64,000 bases of DNA. Origin: Escherichia coli (GTDB lineage: Bacteria > Pseudomonadota > Gammaproteobacteria > Enterobacterales > Enterobacteriaceae). Position 1 is the first letter of the stretch. Each line of letters begins with the position of its first letter. A program made the translations under genes and the position numbers. Below, piece by piece: positions 21,328-32,864 of the stretch. Location of the stretch: the NCBI RefSeq assembly GCF_029227855.1, contig NZ_CP074356.1; one strand, written 5' to 3'. Under the pieces are notes generated by a model. It saw nothing but the letters and a program-made list of their open reading frames with translations. It searched no databases and was not told where the DNA came from.

Positions 21328-21359
21328 GTAGATGCCTGAATCTCTATTCAGGCATCTAC
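21328..21359 (+). terminator. Perfect 14 bp inverted repeat; candidate terminator or operator between operon and transporter gene
   Basis: GTAGATGCCTGAAT-ctct-ATTCAGGCATCTAC followed by T-rich ttctcctgattctgattt. Confidence 0.55.
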
Positions 21360-21404
21360 TTCTCCTGATTCTGATTTATCGCCGTGCACCTGATGGAGGA
21401 AAAA

Positions 21405-22685
21405 ATGAAGAAAATAAGTTTAACCACGATGATTCTTTTGGCGCTGGTACTTGGAATGATTATCGGCGTAGTGCTCAATAACACTGCTTCACCGGAAACC
21501 GCAAAACTCTATGCGCAAGAAATATCGATATTCACGACGATTTTCTTACGACTGATAAAAATGATTATCGCTCCGTTAGTGGTCTCTACCCTGGTGGTAG
21601 GTATAGCTAAAATGGGCGATGCCAAAGCCCTTGGTCGTATTTTTTCTAAAACACTCTTTTTATTTATTTGCGCCTCATTGCTGTCAATTGCCTTAGGCTT
21701 GATAACAGTAAATTTCTTCATGCCAGGCACAGGAATTAATTTTGTTGCACACGGAGCCGAAACCACCGGAGTGGTCGCGTCAGAACCCTTTACGCTAAAA
21801 GTATTTATTTCGCATGCTTTCCCCACCAGCATTGTCGATGCCATGGCGCACAATGAAATTTTGCAAATCGTGGTGTTCTCAATTTTCCTCGGCTGTAGCC
21901 TGACGGCGATTGGCGAGAAAGGCAGCGCCATCGTTCACGCCTTAGATTCGCTGGCACATGCCATGTTAAAGCTCACTGGCTACGTCATGCTCTTCGCTCC
22001 CCTGACCGTATTCGCTGCTATTTCAGCATTGATTGCTGAACGAGGACTGGCAGTTATGGTGAGCGCCGGGATCTTTATGGGTGAATTTTATTTCACCATG
22101 TTATTACTTTGGGTGCTGCTTATCGGTCTGGCCATCGTTTATGTTGGCCCCTGCATCAGACGCCTGACCCGCGCCCTTTCGGAACCCGCCCTGCTGGCAT
22201 TTACCACATCCAGTTCTGAAGCGGCTTTTCCGGGAACGCTTGAAAAACTGGAGCAATTTGGCGTTTCCCCAAAAATTGCCAGTTTTGTCTTACCCATTGG
22301 CTACTCATTTAATCTCGTTGGATCAATGGCCTACTGCTCCTTCGCCACAGTTTTCATCGCCCAGGCCTGCAATATCCATTTATCCATCGGTGAGCAAATC
22401 ACCATGCTGTTGATCCTGATGTTGACCTCGAAAGGAATGGCTGGCGTACCACGCGCCTCAATGGTGGTTATCGCCGCCACGCTCAACCAGTTCAATATTC
22501 CGGAAGCGGGGCTGATCTTGCTGATGGGCGTTGATCCGTTCCTTGATATGGGGCGTTCAGCGACAAACGTCATGAGCAACGCAATGGGCGCTGCGATGGT
22601 GAGTCGGTGGGAAGGCGAACATTTCGGCGAGGGCTGTCGGGGTAAAGCATTAAAACCCAATGAATCGAACGTTGCTCTGCCCTGA
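21405..22685 (+). CDS. Dicarboxylate/amino acid:cation symporter (GltP/DctA family), probable glutamate uptake
   Basis: About 426 aa polytopic protein; GGAGGA RBS 5 nt upstream of ATG 21405 (track ORF starts at an upstream GTG). Confidence 0.8.
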   Translation: MKKISLTTMILLALVLGMIIGVVLNNTASPETAKLYAQEISIFTTIFLRLIKMIIAPLVVSTLVVGIAKMGDAKALGRIFSKTLFLFICASLLSIALGLITVNFFMPGTGINFVAHGAETTGVVASEPFTLKVFISHAFPTSIVDAMAHNEILQIVVFSIFLGCSLTAIGEKGSAIVHALDSLAHAMLKLTGYVMLFAPLTVFAAISALIAERGLAVMVSAGIFMGEFYFTMLLLWVLLIGLAIVYVGPCIRRLTRALSEPALLAFTTSSSEAAFPGTLEKLEQFGVSPKIASFVLPIGYSFNLVGSMAYCSFATVFIAQACNIHLSIGEQITMLLILMLTSKGMAGVPRASMVVIAATLNQFNIPEAGLILLMGVDPFLDMGRSATNVMSNAMGAAMVSRWEGEHFGEGCRGKALKPNESNVALP

Positions 22686-22792
22686 GGGGGATCTTAAGCA
22701 ATCAGAAGCCAATGACTACGCATTTTTATAAGCCGGATCATGAAGTTAGACGGCAATTAAGTAAAACTAACGTTTAAGGTGAAAAGTGAAAT

Positions 22793-24445
22793 ATGTCCAA
22801 ACCATTTATCTGGCAAGAACCGTTTCTACAAAATAAAGACGGTACAGAATATACATTAATTAGCGATCAACATATTACAGTAACGGAATTAGACGGCGAA
22901 GAAGTAATAAAAATCGCTCCTGAAGCATTAACGCTGCTTGCCCGGCAGGCATTTTATGAAGCCTCTTTTTTCTTACGTTCCGCTCATTTGCAACAGGTCG
23001 CCAGCATTCTTAACGATCCGCAGGCCAGTAGTAATGATAAATACGTTGCGTTGCAGTTATTACGTAATGCTGAAGTCTCAGCAAAAGGGGTATTACCCAA
23101 CTGTCAGGATACCGGCACCGCAACTATTGTTGCCAGTAAAGGGCAACAGATATGGACGGGAGGTAACGACGCTGAAGCCTTAAGCAAAGGCATTTACACC
23201 ACTTTTCAGGAAAATAATCTGCGCTTTTCACAAAATGCGCCACTGGATATGTTTACCGAAGTCAATACGCAAACCAATCTCCCGGCGCAGATTGATATCA
23301 GCGCCGTCGCTGGTGATGAGTACCATTTTCTCTGTATTAATAAAGGGGGCGGCTCTGCCAATAAAGCCGCGCTTTATCAGGAAACCAAATCCCTATTGCA
23401 ACCAGAAAAACTGACCGCATTTTTAATCGAAAAAATGAAATCGCTGGGCACCGCTGCCTGCCCGCCTTACCACATCGCCTTTGTCGTCGGAGGACTTTCA
23501 GCCGATCAAACCTTAAAAGTTGCCAAGCTGGCCTCAACGAAATATTACGACAATTTGCCCACCAGCGGAAACGAGCAAGGACAAGCATTCCGTGATATTG
23601 AGCTGGAAAAAGTATTGCTCGAGGCCAGTCAGCAATTTGGTATTGGTGCGCAATTTGGGGGTAAATATTTCGCTCATGATATTCGCGTCATTCGTCTGCC
23701 GCGTCACGGTGGCTCTTGCCCGATAGCTATGGCGCTCTCCTGTTCTGCGGATCGCAATATCAAAGCAAAAATTAACAAGCACGGTATCTGGCTGGAAAAA
23801 CTCGAACACAATCCGGGGCAATATATTCCAGCCTCACTGCGGGAAGAAAATCACGCGCAACATGTACAGCTGGATCTAAACCGTCCGTTGCGTGACGTGA
23901 TGCAGGATCTCGCCAGATTACCGGTAGGCACCCGCGTGTCGTTAAGTGGTCCCATCGTAGTGGCGCGCGATATCGCCCACGCCAAAATAAAAGCGCGGCT
24001 GGATAGCGGCGAACCGATGCCGGATTACCTGAAGCATCATATTGTCTATTACGCTGGCCCGGCGAAAACACCGGAGAACATGGCCTGCGGTTCACTGGGT
24101 CCAACCACGGGCGGTCGAATGGACGGTTATGTCGATACCTTCCAGGCGGTTGGCGGCAGTCTGGTGATGTTATCGAAAGGTCACCGCAGCCAGCAGGTCA
24201 CCGATGCCTGTCACAAACATGGCGGCTTCAATCTGGGAAGTATTGGCGGTGCAGCTGCGTTACTGGCGCAAGAATATGTCAAAAGTCTGCGTTGCCTGGA
24301 ATACCCGGAGCTGGGTATGGAAGCGGTGTGGATGATGGAAGTGGAAAATCTGCCCGCATTCATCCTGGTAGATGATAAAGGCAATAATTTCTTTAGTCAG
24401 TTTGAGCAGCAACACCGCTGCGCCAGTTGCCCTGCGGGACATTAA
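22793..24445 (+). CDS. fumD: Class I (Fe-S) fumarate hydratase family enzyme, probable mesaconase
   Basis: 550 aa; N-terminus closely parallels FumA ([31 protein letters not shown]); linkage to glutamate mutase/methylaspartase as described for the E. coli O157:H7 mesaconase FumD. Confidence 0.8.
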   Translation: MSKPFIWQEPFLQNKDGTEYTLISDQHITVTELDGEEVIKIAPEALTLLARQAFYEASFFLRSAHLQQVASILNDPQASSNDKYVALQLLRNAEVSAKGVLPNCQDTGTATIVASKGQQIWTGGNDAEALSKGIYTTFQENNLRFSQNAPLDMFTEVNTQTNLPAQIDISAVAGDEYHFLCINKGGGSANKAALYQETKSLLQPEKLTAFLIEKMKSLGTAACPPYHIAFVVGGLSADQTLKVAKLASTKYYDNLPTSGNEQGQAFRDIELEKVLLEASQQFGIGAQFGGKYFAHDIRVIRLPRHGGSCPIAMALSCSADRNIKAKINKHGIWLEKLEHNPGQYIPASLREENHAQHVQLDLNRPLRDVMQDLARLPVGTRVSLSGPIVVARDIAHAKIKARLDSGEPMPDYLKHHIVYYAGPAKTPENMACGSLGPTTGGRMDGYVDTFQAVGGSLVMLSKGHRSQQVTDACHKHGGFNLGSIGGAAALLAQEYVKSLRCLEYPELGMEAVWMMEVENLPAFILVDDKGNNFFSQFEQQHRCASCPAGH

Positions 24446-24454
24446 GGAAAATGA

Positions 24455-25057
24455 ATGGAAGCGCGAATTTCAACTGAACGGCATGTGCAGCGCCAGCAGA
24501 AATTGAAGGAACAGGTCGATACGCGCATCGCGGCGGCGATAGAGAAAAAAGGGATTTTGATTGTTTTCACCGGCAATGGCAAAGGGAAATCCACTGCCGC
24601 GTTTGGTACTGTGACGCGCGCGGTGGGTCATGGCAAAACGGTGGGGGTTGCGCAGTACATCAAGGGGCAATGGGACAACGGCGAATACAACCTTCTCCAG
24701 CCGCTGGGGGTTGAGTTTCATATTATGGGAACCGGTTTTACCTGGGAGACACAGAACCGGCAAGCGGATATCGACGCGGCGAAAGAGGTCTGGTCGGAAA
24801 GCAAACGGATGCTGGCTGACAAGCGTTACGACTTAGTGGTGCTTGATGAGCTGACCTATATGCTGGCTTACCATTATCTGGATACCGAAGAAGTGATCGC
24901 TTCTCTGCAAAACCGCCCGGCACAACAAAGTGTCATTGTCACCGGACGCGGTTGCCACAGTCAGATATTAAAAATGGCGGATACGGTCAGCGAAATCCGC
25001 CCCGTCAAACATGCTTTTGATAACGGCATTCAGGCGCAGCCGGGTATCGACTGGTAA
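24455..25057 (+). CDS. ATP:cob(I)alamin adenosyltransferase (CobA/BtuR paralog)
   Basis: 200 aa; GILIVFTGNGKGKSTAAFG P-loop and strong collinearity with E. coli BtuR. Confidence 0.85.
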   Translation: MEARISTERHVQRQQKLKEQVDTRIAAAIEKKGILIVFTGNGKGKSTAAFGTVTRAVGHGKTVGVAQYIKGQWDNGEYNLLQPLGVEFHIMGTGFTWETQNRQADIDAAKEVWSESKRMLADKRYDLVVLDELTYMLAYHYLDTEEVIASLQNRPAQQSVIVTGRGCHSQILKMADTVSEIRPVKHAFDNGIQAQPGIDW

Positions 25058-25060
25058 TAA

Positions 25061-25093
25061 CTGCGCCTGGCATCCCGCCAGGCGCAGGTTTTA
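25061..25093. terminator. Bidirectional terminator hairpin between convergent cobA-like and LysR genes
   Basis: CTGCGCCTGGC-atccc-GCCAGGCGCAG then gtttta. Confidence 0.6.
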
Positions 25094-25996
25094 CATCTCC
25101 TGCGGTACAACCGATTTCGCCAGCAACCATTCACGAAATTGCTGCAAGTGCGGTGAGTCAGACTTCTCTTCCTGCCACGTCATAATAAAACGATTACCGG
25201 TACGAATAGGCACATCACAGGGGATCACCATATCGCCACTATCCAAATCATGTTGAATAGCGAAACGTGGTAACAGCGCCACGCCGAGATTAGAGCGCAC
25301 GGCGGCAATCAGCATTGAAAGCAAATCGAAACGTGGTCCGTTGTTGACCAGTGGACTGCTAACGCCAGATAAAGCAAACCACTCTTCCCAGCCAGTAATA
25401 CGGGTGCTTTGATGCAGAAGTGGTAACTCAGTAAGCAGTTCTGCCACTGACAGTTTTTGATCGGACATTGCAAGCAAACTGCCGCTGCATACCGGCAAAA
25501 TCTCCTCATCAAAGAGATATTCTACTTCCGCCCAGGGCGCGCAAAAATTTTCGCGCATAATGACAGCATCGTACTCCCGATTAAGAAAATCGCCGTTATT
25601 AGCTAAAGAGTGAATATTAACAATAATATCGGGATGTAACTTTGTGAATTCATGTAAATTTGGGATTAACCAGTGGGTACTAAACGTAGGATTCACGGCA
25701 AGTTCAATAACCTGAACCGTAGGCTGCCAGGTCATAATAGTATTGGTATCGCGTTCCAGCTTATTTAATGTTTCTTTTACTATCCCCAGGTAATACTTCC
25801 CTGCATCATTAAGAAAAATACGTTTTTTAGAGTGTGAAAATAACGGAGTATGTAAAAATTCCTCCAGCGCACTCACTTGTCTGAATACAGCACTTTGGGT
25901 TAACGCTAACTCCTCTGCCGCTCTGGTATAACTTTCATAACGTGCGACGACCTCAAAAGTCACCAGCAGCTCCGTTTTAGGTATTTTTCCTCGCAT
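25091..25996 (-). CDS. LysR-family transcriptional regulator
   Basis: N-terminal HTH (TRAAEELALTQSAVFRQVSALE) and LysR substrate-binding domain; start at ATG 25996 with RBS; divergent from the RtcB-like gene. Confidence 0.85.
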   Translation of the reverse strand: MRGKIPKTELLVTFEVVARYESYTRAAEELALTQSAVFRQVSALEEFLHTPLFSHSKKRIFLNDAGKYYLGIVKETLNKLERDTNTIMTWQPTVQVIELAVNPTFSTHWLIPNLHEFTKLHPDIIVNIHSLANNGDFLNREYDAVIMRENFCAPWAEVEYLFDEEILPVCSGSLLAMSDQKLSVAELLTELPLLHQSTRITGWEEWFALSGVSSPLVNNGPRFDLLSMLIAAVRSNLGVALLPRFAIQHDLDSGDMVIPCDVPIRTGNRFIMTWQEEKSDSPHLQQFREWLLAKSVVPQEM

Positions 25997-26585
25997 AATT
26001 CCGTCCGTGAAAAAATAACAATTCAAAAATTATTTTATAAAAAACAGTAGCACTAATGAATATCATAATTCAAATAAACAAACCAGTCAGCTATATGTCT
26101 AACCAGGAAAATAAAGTGACAATAATCCTAAAACAGGAATTTCACCTCAGTTATCCGCATGCAATACTTTAAAGCTATTATTGCAAGAATATTATTCATA
26201 TACATGAATATACTCTAAATAAGTCAAGTTGCAGGAAGGGAACAAATAATGAATTTCCAGAAGCTTACATAAGTAAGTGACCTGAGTGAGCGAACATCGA
26301 TGCAGCACATGCAACTTGAATTATGACAAGTATACAATGATAAATTTATATACCCTATGTTATATATTATCTATGTCCGGTTAAATTGAATGAGTCATGG
26401 CCTTAAAAGACTTCACAAAAGATAATTCCTCTTTAACAATAAGCCAGATTTACCACTTGTAAAACTTGCTATCGCCACATACACTACGCGCGTTTTCTTT
26501 CCCTTTTGCTGGCTGCTGACCGGAAAGACAAAATTACCCTCGCAATACAGGGGGTTGTTTAACGTCTATATTTCAGGACAGCGTT

Positions 26586-27983
26586 ATGCATCATCTTTCA
26601 AGGCTTGATAAAGCCTTTCTGCGCAAAGGGATCCAACTTTCCCGCGCCAACAATATTGTTTCATTATCTCGTCCATCAGGTGCCAGTGCCCGCGTACTGC
26701 TGCCGGACGAACTGCCGCTGGAAGAAAAAGCAGTAACACAACTGCTTGATTTTGCAGAAGTGAAGCTACCAGACCACCCAGGTTATGTGCGCCAGACGTG
26801 CGCGACGCCAGATTTTCATCCCGGCAATGGCGTCCCCGTTGGCGCGGTGGTGGCCTCAACGCCGGATTTAGTCATTCCCGCCGCCATCGGCACCGATATT
26901 TCTTGTGGCATGCGGCTGCTGACGACCGGATTAACACTTGAGCAAGCCGAAGCGCATAAAGACATCATCGCTCAGCGGTTAACGCAAGTGCTGCTGCAAA
27001 ATGAGCGCGATGTTCCGTTATCCGCACAGGCGTTCACTGCGCTTTTTGATGGCGGACCGGCAGATTGCGTGTCGACCTTGCCATCAGCAGGTCTCTGGAC
27101 ACGCACGAATATCCCCCGAATGGTACAAGAGATTGACTGCTGCATTGGGCTTAACGAGCATAACAGTCATTCGCGTTATGCCCCACCCGCCCTGCTGGCA
27201 ACGGACCGCGCATTACTCCGCGATCCTTGTCTGGGTACGCCGGGTTCAGGTAATCATTTTATTGAACTTCAGGTCGTTGATAGCGTGGTTGATCGCCATG
27301 TAGCCTGGCAACAAGGGCTGAAAACAGGCGATATTGTGGTGATGATCCACAGTGGATCGCGAGATGTTGGCTTTTACGTCGGAAGACGCTGGATGGATCG
27401 CGCCCGTGCTGAATGGCCCACCGGACATAAACATCCACAAAGCGGGTTATATGGTCTGGCAGGCGGACTGGCGGAGGAATATCTACAAGCGATAGGAATG
27501 GCTGCGCGTTACGCGTGGTTAAATCGCGTCACAATTGCCGAAATGGTGCGCGTATGTCTCGCCAATCTCTTTCATCAGGACAATTCGCATCTGGTGGTGG
27601 ATGTGCCGCATAACATCATCCTTCGCGAGCATGAAATGAATATTCATCGCAAAGGTGCAACACCGGCACGAGTGGGCGATCTGGCATTAATCCCCGGTTC
27701 AATGGGCGATTATTCGTGGCTTGCAGTCGGTTGCGGCAACCCGGAGTGGCTGTGGTCATGCAGTCACGGAGCAGGACGCAGCCAGCGTCGACAGGCCATG
27801 CGCTCAAGCGCGACTGAAGAGTCAACGCTGCCGTGGCAATGCGTCACATTGCGTGAAGAACGACGTCTTGAAGAAGCGCCAGCGGCTTATAAAGATATTG
27901 GTCCGGTTATCGAAGCCCAACAAGAAGCCGGATTAATTCAACCAGCGGTCAGATTTCGACCGTGGTTAACGTTTAAGGGGTAA
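26586..27983 (+). CDS. RtcB-family RNA ligase paralog (stand-alone)
   Basis: 465 aa with RtcB signature blocks DISCGMRL, GSGNHFIE, MIHSGSRDVG, HRKGATPARVGDLALIPGSMG, CSHGAGR, APAAYKDIGPV; all metal/GMP-binding Cys/His positions appear conserved. Confidence 0.8.
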   Translation: MHHLSRLDKAFLRKGIQLSRANNIVSLSRPSGASARVLLPDELPLEEKAVTQLLDFAEVKLPDHPGYVRQTCATPDFHPGNGVPVGAVVASTPDLVIPAAIGTDISCGMRLLTTGLTLEQAEAHKDIIAQRLTQVLLQNERDVPLSAQAFTALFDGGPADCVSTLPSAGLWTRTNIPRMVQEIDCCIGLNEHNSHSRYAPPALLATDRALLRDPCLGTPGSGNHFIELQVVDSVVDRHVAWQQGLKTGDIVVMIHSGSRDVGFYVGRRWMDRARAEWPTGHKHPQSGLYGLAGGLAEEYLQAIGMAARYAWLNRVTIAEMVRVCLANLFHQDNSHLVVDVPHNIILREHEMNIHRKGATPARVGDLALIPGSMGDYSWLAVGCGNPEWLWSCSHGAGRSQRRQAMRSSATEESTLPWQCVTLREERRLEEAPAAYKDIGPVIEAQQEAGLIQPAVRFRPWLTFKG

Positions 27984-28066
27984 CTGAAATGATAAATGGC
28001 CTGCGGTTCTCACGCAGGTCAAATCTGGTATCTGCGTAAGCTAACAAACTTGTTTATCAACAATCT

Positions 28067-28088
28067 CAGGCCATCCGAAGATGGCCTG
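28067..28088. terminator. Hairpin between convergent RtcB-like gene and mngB
   Basis: CAGGCCATC-cgaa-GATGGCCTG, 9 bp stem. Confidence 0.5.
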
Positions 28089-28127
28089 AAATTATTGCCC
28101 CCCTTAGATACACTTTTAGCGCAATAA

Positions 28128-30761
28128 TCAGCCAAGGCGGTAGCTAAATGTCCGTGACTGCCCCGGTAAAAATGCCCCCAGTTCCTTTAAATTATCTCTT
28201 TCCGCTGTGCTGATGCTTTCATCCATCATCGTTTGCGTACATGAAATCACCTCACGACTGAACGCGACAGTTGCCTCACAGGTTGTCGATTCTGCCGGAT
28301 TAAACAGTCGCAATACCACTTCTTGCCGGTCTTCCGCTTTTTTAAGAGCGCTAATCAGGCATCCCACAGGGGGCATTTTCAGCAAGCTATAGCTTTCCGG
28401 CACATTGAATCCGGCTTTATTTAACTTCATCGCATCCCACGGGATTTTGTTGTAACACTGTACTGGCGTCAGCCATGCACGCGCCTGCTGGGCTACACCG
28501 GCGGTCGAAGGCGTACCTGTATAACTAAATAAGCTCAGACGGCAGCTAAAGGAGCCACGTAATTGTGAATCGGGCACCGGCATTTTTATACCCGAAGGAC
28601 GTCCAGGCCTTAAAAGCAGATCTTCTTTCCCCAGTAAGCCCACGCCACGCAGCAACGTAATGGCAAAGGTTTTCTTCTCTTCACCGATGACTTCGAATTC
28701 ACGTAGCCCTTCGCTAAAGACAGCCAGACCGTTACGCCCTTCCTGTAAGGCAGCATAGTTGAGCATATTCCATACCGGAACAGGCGCTTCTTTCCAGCCT
28801 TCTTGTTGCCAGACATCCATCGCACTGTCGCTCACCGGGCGCGTTAGCGAACCAAACTGGGTATCGGCCAGAACATTGTCGGTGTTGAAAGGTGTAGGGA
28901 CCAGGACGCGAAGGCGATGATCGTCAGCCTGGTTATCAAGGTTGATAACCACATCAATGCGCCTGCTGTTATCACTCAGAGTGACAACCAACTCCACCCC
29001 TACTCTACCCGTGCATTGCCGTGCGCTGCGTTCTTGTAGATTACGCGGCACCGCCATGTCATAGCGGATAACAGCCCTGCTCTGCCAGGCCTCATGAATA
29101 ATCTCGCATTGCGGTTTCGCATTCGCCGAAGTAATTACCCACTCTTCTTTTGCAGGTGAATAGTCATATTCATCACCATCATCAGAGCTTTCTTCAATTT
29201 GCAATACCCGGTCATAGCGCACACCGCTGTCTTTATCTACCAGTTGTAGCGTTCCATCCTCATTGAGCGCAATTTGCCAGAAAGCATTTTCCAGTATCCC
29301 TTCAGCGTCACTTTTTGCCGCAATCACGTTGCCAGGCTGATTCGTTTCGATATAAAGCGTGCGATAGCCCATAGAAGGGACAATCTGGTTGATCTGAATA
29401 TCAAACTCCATAAAGGGATCGTAATTACCGTAATGAACGATTTGCCGATCGATTAGGCCAGGATCGATCTCACGGGCATGGCGAATAAAATACGGTACAG
29501 GCTGACCGCGATCGTCCCGCAAATTAAACTGGCTAGCGCGCAGCCGCACAGTGGTGTTGATCACTTCTTCCCGCGGCCAGGGCATCAGGTTAAACAGCAC
29601 AAGTTTGTCGGCATCACTCTGTGGCATGTTATCGGCAATTTTGCGCATGTAGAAACGAATCAGATTATCCGCCATGTCTTCAGCCAGTTCGAAGCGGGCG
29701 ACGATTTCGCGATGAACTTTGTCACTGCAACAACAACCGATACTGTCGTGGGCATGATTTTTTAAGATCTCTTTCCACATTTTCTCCAGCAAGCCGTGGT
29801 GGTATTCAAAACCTAAAGTCCAGGCCAGTGTTGCCAGCGGTTCCAGCAGATTAACAATCTTATTTTCAATACGCGCGTGGGCAATTTTGATATCCATGCG
29901 CGTGGAACCGATGGTGCGATGCACGCGCATATATTTGCCATCGATAAATTCACCTTTCAGAGTCGCCAGATTATCTCGCTGCGCTTCAATCTGCTCGAAT
30001 ACCTCTTCAAAGCGGCTCATCACAAACTTTCGTTGAGGATAAATTTCGCGAAGTTTCTCCATCACTTCGAAGATATTTTGCTGCAATGGCATCTGATCAT
30101 GACCATTCGGCAATAAAATTTCTTTGGTTACTGACGCTTTTTCCAGCACGTCAAAATAACTGTCGAGACGTTTGCGTAATCCGTCTTCGTCGGCAGGTAA
30201 GTACTTACCGATGGCGTAGCCCAGCGGCAGCACCTGCGCCGTCACTTCGCTACCATCACTGCTTTGCCACAAAAACTCGGTTTTATCAGTACCGTGGCGC
30301 TCAGAACATCCGCGCCAGAACATGGTGCGGGTAATGCCAAATCCATTGTAAATATGCGGCAGTTGCTCGGACATGCCAAAGGAATCTGGTAAATAACCTA
30401 TTTTCATCGGCTCGCCAAACGCGAGGCAGTCACGCATTCCGTACATCAGATTACGGACGATGGATTCCGCAGAAACAATCGTGGTATCGGTCTGGGTATA
30501 CCAGGGGCCGATAATCAACTTACCGGCTTCTACCAGTTTCTTCACGCGCTCTTTGTTTTCCGGTTTCACCGCGAAATAATCTTCGAGGATCGCCGTTTGC
30601 CCGTCGAGTACGTAATATTTGTATTCGTTGTCCTGTTCCAGTCGGCGCAGGATCTCTTCCATATTATTGACCAGCAGAATGCGTGACTCTTCGGTGGTGA
30701 AATACCACTCCCGATCCCAGTGCATATGCGGGGTGATGTGAACGCGAGATACCGCTTTCAT
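28128..30761 (-). CDS. mngB: Mannosylglycerate hydrolase (GH38 alpha-mannosidase)
   Basis: 877 aa; [21 protein letters not shown]; synteny with mngA/mngR. Confidence 0.95.
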   Translation of the reverse strand: MKAVSRVHITPHMHWDREWYFTTEESRILLVNNMEEILRRLEQDNEYKYYVLDGQTAILEDYFAVKPENKERVKKLVEAGKLIIGPWYTQTDTTIVSAESIVRNLMYGMRDCLAFGEPMKIGYLPDSFGMSEQLPHIYNGFGITRTMFWRGCSERHGTDKTEFLWQSSDGSEVTAQVLPLGYAIGKYLPADEDGLRKRLDSYFDVLEKASVTKEILLPNGHDQMPLQQNIFEVMEKLREIYPQRKFVMSRFEEVFEQIEAQRDNLATLKGEFIDGKYMRVHRTIGSTRMDIKIAHARIENKIVNLLEPLATLAWTLGFEYHHGLLEKMWKEILKNHAHDSIGCCCSDKVHREIVARFELAEDMADNLIRFYMRKIADNMPQSDADKLVLFNLMPWPREEVINTTVRLRASQFNLRDDRGQPVPYFIRHAREIDPGLIDRQIVHYGNYDPFMEFDIQINQIVPSMGYRTLYIETNQPGNVIAAKSDAEGILENAFWQIALNEDGTLQLVDKDSGVRYDRVLQIEESSDDGDEYDYSPAKEEWVITSANAKPQCEIIHEAWQSRAVIRYDMAVPRNLQERSARQCTGRVGVELVVTLSDNSRRIDVVINLDNQADDHRLRVLVPTPFNTDNVLADTQFGSLTRPVSDSAMDVWQQEGWKEAPVPVWNMLNYAALQEGRNGLAVFSEGLREFEVIGEEKKTFAITLLRGVGLLGKEDLLLRPGRPSGIKMPVPDSQLRGSFSCRLSLFSYTGTPSTAGVAQQARAWLTPVQCYNKIPWDAMKLNKAGFNVPESYSLLKMPPVGCLISALKKAEDRQEVVLRLFNPAESTTCEATVAFSREVISCTQTMMDESISTAERDNLKELGAFLPGQSRTFSYRLG

Positions 30762-30778
30762 CGTCGTTTCCTTTTTGT

Positions 30779-32749
30779 TTATGGCATTACGCCATCAGTC
30801 AGATAGTTGCCATGCTTAACCGCGTAACGCCGCCAGATCAGGAGAATTGCAGTCGAGATTGCAGCCCCCACCAATGCCGCACCAAACCAGCCAATTGCCG
30901 CCATAACACCGCCCGCGCCATTATCATGAAGTAAAAAGAGCGAGAAAATGCCGGCACCGGGTGTCGAAAGGCCGATATTCATCGCGCCGACAATAGCGCC
31001 CGTTACCATAGAGCCCAGCACAAACGAACCAATAACCCGCAGCGGATCTTCAATCGCCATCGGGATCGCCCCTTCGGTAATACCTGCCAGCCCTAACAGC
31101 CAGGTGGATTTCCCGGTCTCAATTTCAAACTCTTTAAACAGGCGCGGTGCGAGCATCGTGGAAGCGGTTACGGTAAATGCCGAAACCATTTTGACGGAGG
31201 CGAAAATGGCATACGGGCCGTAAACGCCGTTCGCCATTGCGCCCAGGCAGAATGCATAAGCGGCTTTGTTCACTGGCCCTCCAAGGTCAAAGGAACACAT
31301 AAAACCGAGAATGGCACCCAGCAACAGCGCGTTACTTCCTGACAGACCGTTCAGCCAGGCGGTAAGCGAGTTATTGATCCAGGCGACAGGTTCCCCCACC
31401 ACAAACAGCATCAGACTGCCCGCTCCCAACGTACCGAGCACCGGGTAGAGATAAAAAGTCAGGAATCCATTGAATTTACTGCTAAGACGTAAGTGATTTT
31501 TCACCCAGCGCATCAGATAACCGGCTATCAATCCGCCAACGACCGCGCCGAGAAACCCGGAACCGATCATGTTGGCGGCAAGTCCAGCCGCAAAGCCCGG
31601 CGCTAACGCCGGTTTATCTGCCAGCGAATAGGCGGTATAGGCTGCCAGCACCGGCACCATCAAAATCCCGAGCATCCCGCCGCCCAGTTTGCGGTACATC
31701 CACAACCAGGAGTTTTCTTCATTAAATAGATCTTGTAGCCCGAAGATTTGCGACAGTAATACCGCAACCGCCAGCACCGTACCCCCCGCGACAATCAACG
31801 GCACGGCGAAAGAGATCCCGCTTAACAGCGCCTGTTTCAGCTCCGTTTTGACGCTTTTCGCCGGTTGCGTATCTTGCTGTACGGTACGCGTCTCACCGCT
31901 ACGCTCGAGGGTCAGTGCTTGTTGGATCAACGCTTCAGCATGGCGAATCGGCTCGGCAACAGGCACTGAAAGCGCGGGAATGCCGTTAAAACGCTCACTC
32001 TCCTTGATGGCGACTTCAGCCGCAAAAATACAGGCGGTTGCACTATTGAGTTGCTCTGCCGTTAAACGCCCTTCAATACCGTTAGCGCCTTGTTTTTCAA
32101 CGTAGACATTCACGCCGAGTTTGCGTCCGGCTTTTTCCAGATATTCCGCAGCCATATAGGTGTGAGCAATACCCGCCGGGCAGGCCGTTACGCAGACGAT
32201 AGTTGGCGCGTTGGAAAAAGAAGCTGAGGGTTGCGTGCCTCCCTTGTCATCCAGCGCCGAAAGCAATTCATCAGGCGTCGTCGCCGACTGTATACGCGCC
32301 CGTATCTCATCATCCGCCAGGCGCGTGGTCAGCGCTGTCAGCAGTTGCATGTGCGTAGTACCCGCTTCATTGGGGGGAATCGCCAGCAACACCACTAAAT
32401 CAACCGCTTCCGGGCCATCCACGCCTTCCCACTGAAGCGGCTCACTCAGTGTCGCAACGGCAAACGCTGCTTCTTTTACCGCAGCAGTTTTACCATGCGG
32501 CACAGCCAACCCTTCACCTAAGGCGGTCGGGCCAAGGCTTTCACGGCGATACACTTCTTCCAGAAATTGCTCAGTACTGGAAATTTTCCCCAGAGCAGCA
32601 AGACGTTGAGTCAACGCGTGGATGGCCTCTTCACGGCTGGTAAAGCGCGCATTCAGACACAACGCATCGCGGTGGGTCAGAGTCGTCAGGTTCATCATGA
32701 TCCTCACTTGATCGTTTTTATAGTCGCGCCAGTGTGCCCGATAAAACAA
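30779..32749 (-). CDS. mngA: PTS 2-O-alpha-mannosyl-D-glycerate-specific EIIABC component
   Basis: About 656 aa with EIIA, EIIB ([12 protein letters not shown]) and EIIC domains; exact start uncertain (track ORF may begin at a non-ATG codon). Confidence 0.9.
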   Translation of the reverse strand: MFYRAHWRDYKNDQVRIMMNLTTLTHRDALCLNARFTSREEAIHALTQRLAALGKISSTEQFLEEVYRRESLGPTALGEGLAVPHGKTAAVKEAAFAVATLSEPLQWEGVDGPEAVDLVVLLAIPPNEAGTTHMQLLTALTTRLADDEIRARIQSATTPDELLSALDDKGGTQPSASFSNAPTIVCVTACPAGIAHTYMAAEYLEKAGRKLGVNVYVEKQGANGIEGRLTAEQLNSATACIFAAEVAIKESERFNGIPALSVPVAEPIRHAEALIQQALTLERSGETRTVQQDTQPAKSVKTELKQALLSGISFAVPLIVAGGTVLAVAVLLSQIFGLQDLFNEENSWLWMYRKLGGGMLGILMVPVLAAYTAYSLADKPALAPGFAAGLAANMIGSGFLGAVVGGLIAGYLMRWVKNHLRLSSKFNGFLTFYLYPVLGTLGAGSLMLFVVGEPVAWINNSLTAWLNGLSGSNALLLGAILGFMCSFDLGGPVNKAAYAFCLGAMANGVYGPYAIFASVKMVSAFTVTASTMLAPRLFKEFEIETGKSTWLLGLAGITEGAIPMAIEDPLRVIGSFVLGSMVTGAIVGAMNIGLSTPGAGIFSLFLLHDNGAGGVMAAIGWFGAALVGAAISTAILLIWRRYAVKHGNYLTDGVMP

Positions 32750-32864
32750 TACTATTATGTGATCAATTTCACTTGATTGAAATTATTTGTATTGTATTTG
32801 TATTATTTACAGGATGAATTTATCGTGCATAATGGCTAAATTCGTATTAATGAGATGCTAAATA

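Noticed and set aside
26027-26585. Search for a sigma-54 (-24 GG / -12 GC) promoter upstream of the RtcB-like gene, as at canonical rtcBA
   Set aside because: The nearest candidate (ttgctggctgctgaccgg) does not have correct GG/GC spacing; no call made.
12217-28127. Integrase, transposase, att-like direct repeats or CRISPR array associated with the island
   Set aside because: None seen; boundaries inferred only from remembered K-12 gene order.
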